A DNA stretch of 64,000 nt from an uncultured Clostridia bacterium (GTDB lineage: Bacteria > Bacillota > Clostridia > TANB77 > CAG-465). A model generated the notes under the pieces. It did no database searches, had not been told where the DNA came from, and saw only the letters and a program-made list of their open reading frames with translations. Positions 61,034 to 64,000 of this stretch are shown piece by piece. The DNA is taken from assembly GCA_947632225.1 (NCBI GenBank), contig CANROM010000001.1:2261-66260 (forward strand), in the 5' to 3' direction. Position 1 is the stretch's first letter. Each line of letters begins with the position of its first letter. The translations under genes and the position numbers were made by a program.

Positions 61034-62209
61034 TTAATTTTCTTTTAATTCTTTAAAAGTTAATAATTTATCCCTATAATACTCATATTGTTTTTGCCTT
61101 GCTTCTATTTCTGCAGGAAGTCCATATTCTTTATCTAATATTTCATATATCTTATTTATTTTGCAAATAATTCTTTCTTGTTCTTCTATACTTGGAACTG
61201 CTACTTTTACACTTTTTAAAGTATCAGTTGTTAAAGAAACATTTGCCCCACCTGTCATTAAAGGAACAAGAATAATATCTTTATAATAATATAAATAATG
61301 TCTTAAAAATTCAGCTTTAATGACATTATTTCTTGGTATAATTGCACACAAGATATTTCCAAGTGCAAACTTACCTTTTTGATAAAAAATTCTAGTTATG
61401 CTTGCTACTCCATGGCCTCTTGCTGAGATTAATGGCATACATACTGCTTCACAATCAAACTGATAATTATCACATGATTGTAAATATTCAGTTGTTGCAA
61501 CAAGTGGGTATTTACCTGGAGTGGCTTTTTGTAATGCTGTTTTTCCTTTTTCAATTCTGCATAATTCATCTAAAATTGTAAATTTTTTAAAATTATCCGT
61601 GTTTAATTCTTTTTTCATTACATATTCTAGTTGTTTTTCTCTACATTTTAGTTCCATATCTAAGCAATCTATATATTCAGCGAAATCGTCCAACACGCGG
61701 ACAATTTCGCATTGTACCTCCAACGGAGGTACAGGCACAAGTAGTTCTTCTAAACTACCTGCTTTTATGTATCCTTGACTAGAAGTATTTTTTCTAGATA
61801 TTAGAGAATTTTTTATTTTTGGGGATGTTAAATAATAATTATAAAACTTTCTGTTAATTTTGCTATCATCAAGTCTAATAAGATACATATTTTGCCCATA
61901 AAAACTTGTATATTCTTCTACAAAAGCTGTTTCACCTATTGTACCTATCATTGTAACTAATAAATCGTTTTTTTCTATTTTTCTATTCATTGAAATGGTT
62001 ACATAGTCCTCTTGTGATATGTAATTAACATCTTCAAAATCTATTTTTCCATTTCTAATATTTTTAGAAGTAATATATGGGATACCATTGCTTATATAAT
62101 TTGGTGTGGATGGCATTAACCAAAATGATTCCTTTTTTAGTTCTTTTGTTTTTTTATATTCAACACCATTCGGACATAACTTTTCTATCAATTCATCTAT
62201 TTTTCCCAT
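61034..62209 (-). CDS. hsdS: Type I restriction-modification specificity subunit (HsdS) with two target-recognition domains (TRDs).
   Basis: Two TRDs separated by the conserved central helix (PVPPLEVQCEIVRVLDD) and a C-terminal conserved repeat. Start at MGKIDE with a GAGGTG RBS, 1 nt after the hsdM stop. Confidence 0.9.
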   Translation of the reverse strand: MGKIDELIEKLCPNGVEYKKTKELKKESFWLMPSTPNYISNGIPYITSKNIRNGKIDFEDVNYISQEDYVTISMNRKIEKNDLLVTMIGTIGETAFVEEYTSFYGQNMYLIRLDDSKINRKFYNYYLTSPKIKNSLISRKNTSSQGYIKAGSLEELLVPVPPLEVQCEIVRVLDDFAEYIDCLDMELKCREKQLEYVMKKELNTDNFKKFTILDELCRIEKGKTALQKATPGKYPLVATTEYLQSCDNYQFDCEAVCMPLISARGHGVASITRIFYQKGKFALGNILCAIIPRNNVIKAEFLRHYLYYYKDIILVPLMTGGANVSLTTDTLKSVKVAVPSIEEQERIICKINKIYEILDKEYGLPAEIEARQKQYEYYRDKLLTFKELKEN

Positions 62210-62210
62210 A

Positions 62211-63773
62211 TTACACCTCAATTTCTTCTATAATTTTATCTATTTCTTCACGAAGCTTATTTTCTCTTGCTACTATTTCATCTATTTGCTTATTAAGTTC
62301 TACAATATCAACTTCTTCTCTTGTATCTTCTTTTTCTACATAAGTTGAAACAGATAAATTATAATCATTTTCTGCTATATCTTTATTTGAAACTAATTTT
62401 GCAGTATGTTCAATATCTTCTCTATCTGTAAATATTTTAACTATATTGCTTATGTTTTCATCTGTCAATTTATTATTATTTGTTACTTTTACACATTCTT
62501 TTGAAGCATCAATAAATAATGTACTATTATCTTTTTTACTTTTCTTTAAAACCATTATACAAGTTGCTATACTTGTTCCGAAAAATAGATTATCTGGTAG
62601 TTGAATAATAGCATCTATAAAGTTATTGTCAATTAAATATTTTCTTATTTTTTGTTCTGCTCCGCCCCTATATAGAATTCCAGGAAAACAAACTATTGAA
62701 GCAGTACCATTAGTTGCAAGCCATGATAAACTATGCATAATAAATGCAAAATCAGCTTTTGATTTTGGTGCAAGTACACCTGCTGGAGAATATCTTGGAT
62801 CATTTATTAAAATTGCATTGTCATCTCCAACCCATTTAATTGAATATGGTGGATTTGAAACGATAACTTCAAATGGCTCATCATCCCAATGTTGTGGAGA
62901 AATTAAAGTATCTTCACATGCTATATCAAATTTATCATATCCTATATCATGCAAAAACATATTTATTCTACAAAGGTTATAAGTAGTTAAATTTATCTCT
63001 TGCCCATAAAATCCATTTCTAACATTTTCTTTTCCTAATATTTTAGCTGCTTTTAATAATAATGAACCGGAGCCACAAGCTGGATCATATACTTTACTTA
63101 CAGATGTTTTTCCAACAACTGCTAGCCTAGTTAATAATTCACTTACTTCTTGTGGTGTATAAAACTCTCCTCCTGATTTACCAGCATTAGATGCATACAT
63201 AGTCATTAAAAACTCATAAGCGTCTCCAAAAGCATCAATAGAATTTGATTGATAATTACCTAAATTCAAACTATTTATTCCATCTAAAATTTTTGTTAAT
63301 CTTTCATTTCTTTTTCCAACAGTTGCACCTAGTTTATTACTATTAACATCTATGTCATCGAAAAGTCCTGAAAAATCATCCTCACTCTCTGCACCTTTTG
63401 CTGAGTTTTCTATATTTCTAAATACTTTTTCAAGTATTTCATTTAAATCTTCTTTGTGGTTTTTAGCCTCTTTACATACATTACAAAATAATTCTGATGG
63501 CAATATAAAGAAACCTTTTTCTTTTACCAATTCATCTCTTACAGCTTCTGCTTCATTATCAGATAATTTTGTATAATCAAAATTAGTATCTCCTGCTTTT
63601 CTTTCTCCATCATTTATATAATTAGTAATATTCTCTGATATATATCTATAAAACATTATTCCTAATATATATTGTTTAAAGTCCCAACCATCAACAGCTC
63701 CTCTTAAATCATCTGCTATTGACCAAATTGCTTTATGTACTTCATTTCTTTCTTGTTCTTTCTTATTATCCAT
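62211..63773 (-). CDS. hsdM: Type I restriction-modification N6-adenine DNA methyltransferase subunit (HsdM).
   Basis: N-terminal HsdM_N domain, SAM-binding YDPACGSG motif, and catalytic NPPY motif. Confidence 0.93.
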   Translation of the reverse strand: MDNKKEQERNEVHKAIWSIADDLRGAVDGWDFKQYILGIMFYRYISENITNYINDGERKAGDTNFDYTKLSDNEAEAVRDELVKEKGFFILPSELFCNVCKEAKNHKEDLNEILEKVFRNIENSAKGAESEDDFSGLFDDIDVNSNKLGATVGKRNERLTKILDGINSLNLGNYQSNSIDAFGDAYEFLMTMYASNAGKSGGEFYTPQEVSELLTRLAVVGKTSVSKVYDPACGSGSLLLKAAKILGKENVRNGFYGQEINLTTYNLCRINMFLHDIGYDKFDIACEDTLISPQHWDDEPFEVIVSNPPYSIKWVGDDNAILINDPRYSPAGVLAPKSKADFAFIMHSLSWLATNGTASIVCFPGILYRGGAEQKIRKYLIDNNFIDAIIQLPDNLFFGTSIATCIMVLKKSKKDNSTLFIDASKECVKVTNNNKLTDENISNIVKIFTDREDIEHTAKLVSNKDIAENDYNLSVSTYVEKEDTREEVDIVELNKQIDEIVARENKLREEIDKIIEEIEV

Positions 63774-63814
63774 TTATTTCCCCCCCGTTTTACATATAAA
63801 CAAAATTCAAAATA

Positions 63815-63845
63815 ATTATATCATAAAAAAATTTATTTGTCGCTT
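63815..63845 (-). promoter_or_regulatory. Probable extended -10 promoter (TGaTATAAT) for the hsdMSR operon.
   Basis: The minus strand reads TTTATGATATAAT about 45 nt upstream of the hsdM ATG. A GGGGGG RBS lies before the ATG. Confidence 0.4.
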
Positions 63846-63907
63846 TATATCGAAAAAATGTATAAAACAATTATAAGAATATATCTTATATATTTTTATT
63901 TATAAGC

Positions 63908-63939
63908 AAAAAAAAAGCTAATCTATTTCTAAATTAGCT
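63908..63939 (-). terminator. Strong minus-strand terminator of a transcription unit entering from beyond the window end.
   Basis: AGCTAAT-n10-ATTAGCT hairpin followed by T9 on the minus strand. Confidence 0.55.
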
Positions 63940-63965
63940 TTGTATTTTCAATAATCATATACTTA

Positions 63966-64000
63966 TTTTGATGAGGACGAATCAGGACGAATACAGGTCA
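63966..64000. repeat. Second copy of the flanking repeat (TTTTGATGaGGACGAAT[CAGGACGAAT]ACAGGTCA), cut by the window edge.
   Basis: Matches 57736-57759 with one mismatch plus an internal 10-bp tandem duplication. Confidence 0.5.

Noticed and set aside
1-64000. CRISPR arrays, tRNA and rRNA genes.
   Set aside because: I found no regularly spaced direct repeats of 25-40 bp, no tRNA-like GTTCGAATCC T-loop contexts and no rRNA-like GC-rich blocks. The window is essentially continuous protein-coding sequence.

Overview
This 64-kb window is a very AT-rich (about 28% GC) chromosomal segment with Clostridia-like codon usage and gene order. Almost every gene is on the minus strand and tightly packed. 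I found no rRNA, tRNA or CRISPR array.

Most of the window is conserved housekeeping:
- Translation and tRNA charging: lysS, greA, glyQS, argS, prfB, rpmF.
- RNA processing and modification: pnp, rnhB, rsmI, a tRNA m6A methyltransferase, two RluA-type pseudouridine synthases, rimO, rlmN, rsmD, rsgA.
- Nucleotide signalling and metabolism: cdaA, pdp, a uridine-kinase-like protein, asnB, fba, pfkA.
- Repair and SOS: xth, lexA (with its own Cheo-type operator), uvrB.
- The conserved def / fmt / rlmN / prpC / prkC / rsgA / rpe block, plus rho and ftsK.
- Sporulation and division genes yabP, yabQ, divIC and dpaB, which mark a spore-former.

Non-core content:
- A complete Type I restriction-modification operon (hsdM-hsdS-hsdR, 57981..63773). 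It is bracketed by about 25-bp direct repeats and an array of AATTCGTCCCCA motifs that overlaps the uvrB promoter. This looks like an inserted restriction-modification island.
- An 874-aa secreted protein with CAP (SCP/PR-1), Big_2 and type I dockerin domains. A paralogous secreted protein is truncated at the window start.
- Two DedA/TVP38 membrane proteins and a GT4 glycosyltransferase around argS.
- Several lineage-specific ORFs of unknown function.

Unusual architectures:
- A fusion of ribulose-phosphate 3-epimerase with an AlkD-like DNA alkylation repair domain.
- An orphan dpaB with no dpaA.
- A P-loop NTPase with a C-terminal Asp23 domain.
- A prfB with no programmed +1 frameshift.
- def and fmt separated by a membrane-protein gene, with rsmB replaced by two small ORFs.
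- A GC-rich double-hairpin segment inside hsdS.

All calls come from reading the translations and the DNA directly. No database search was run.
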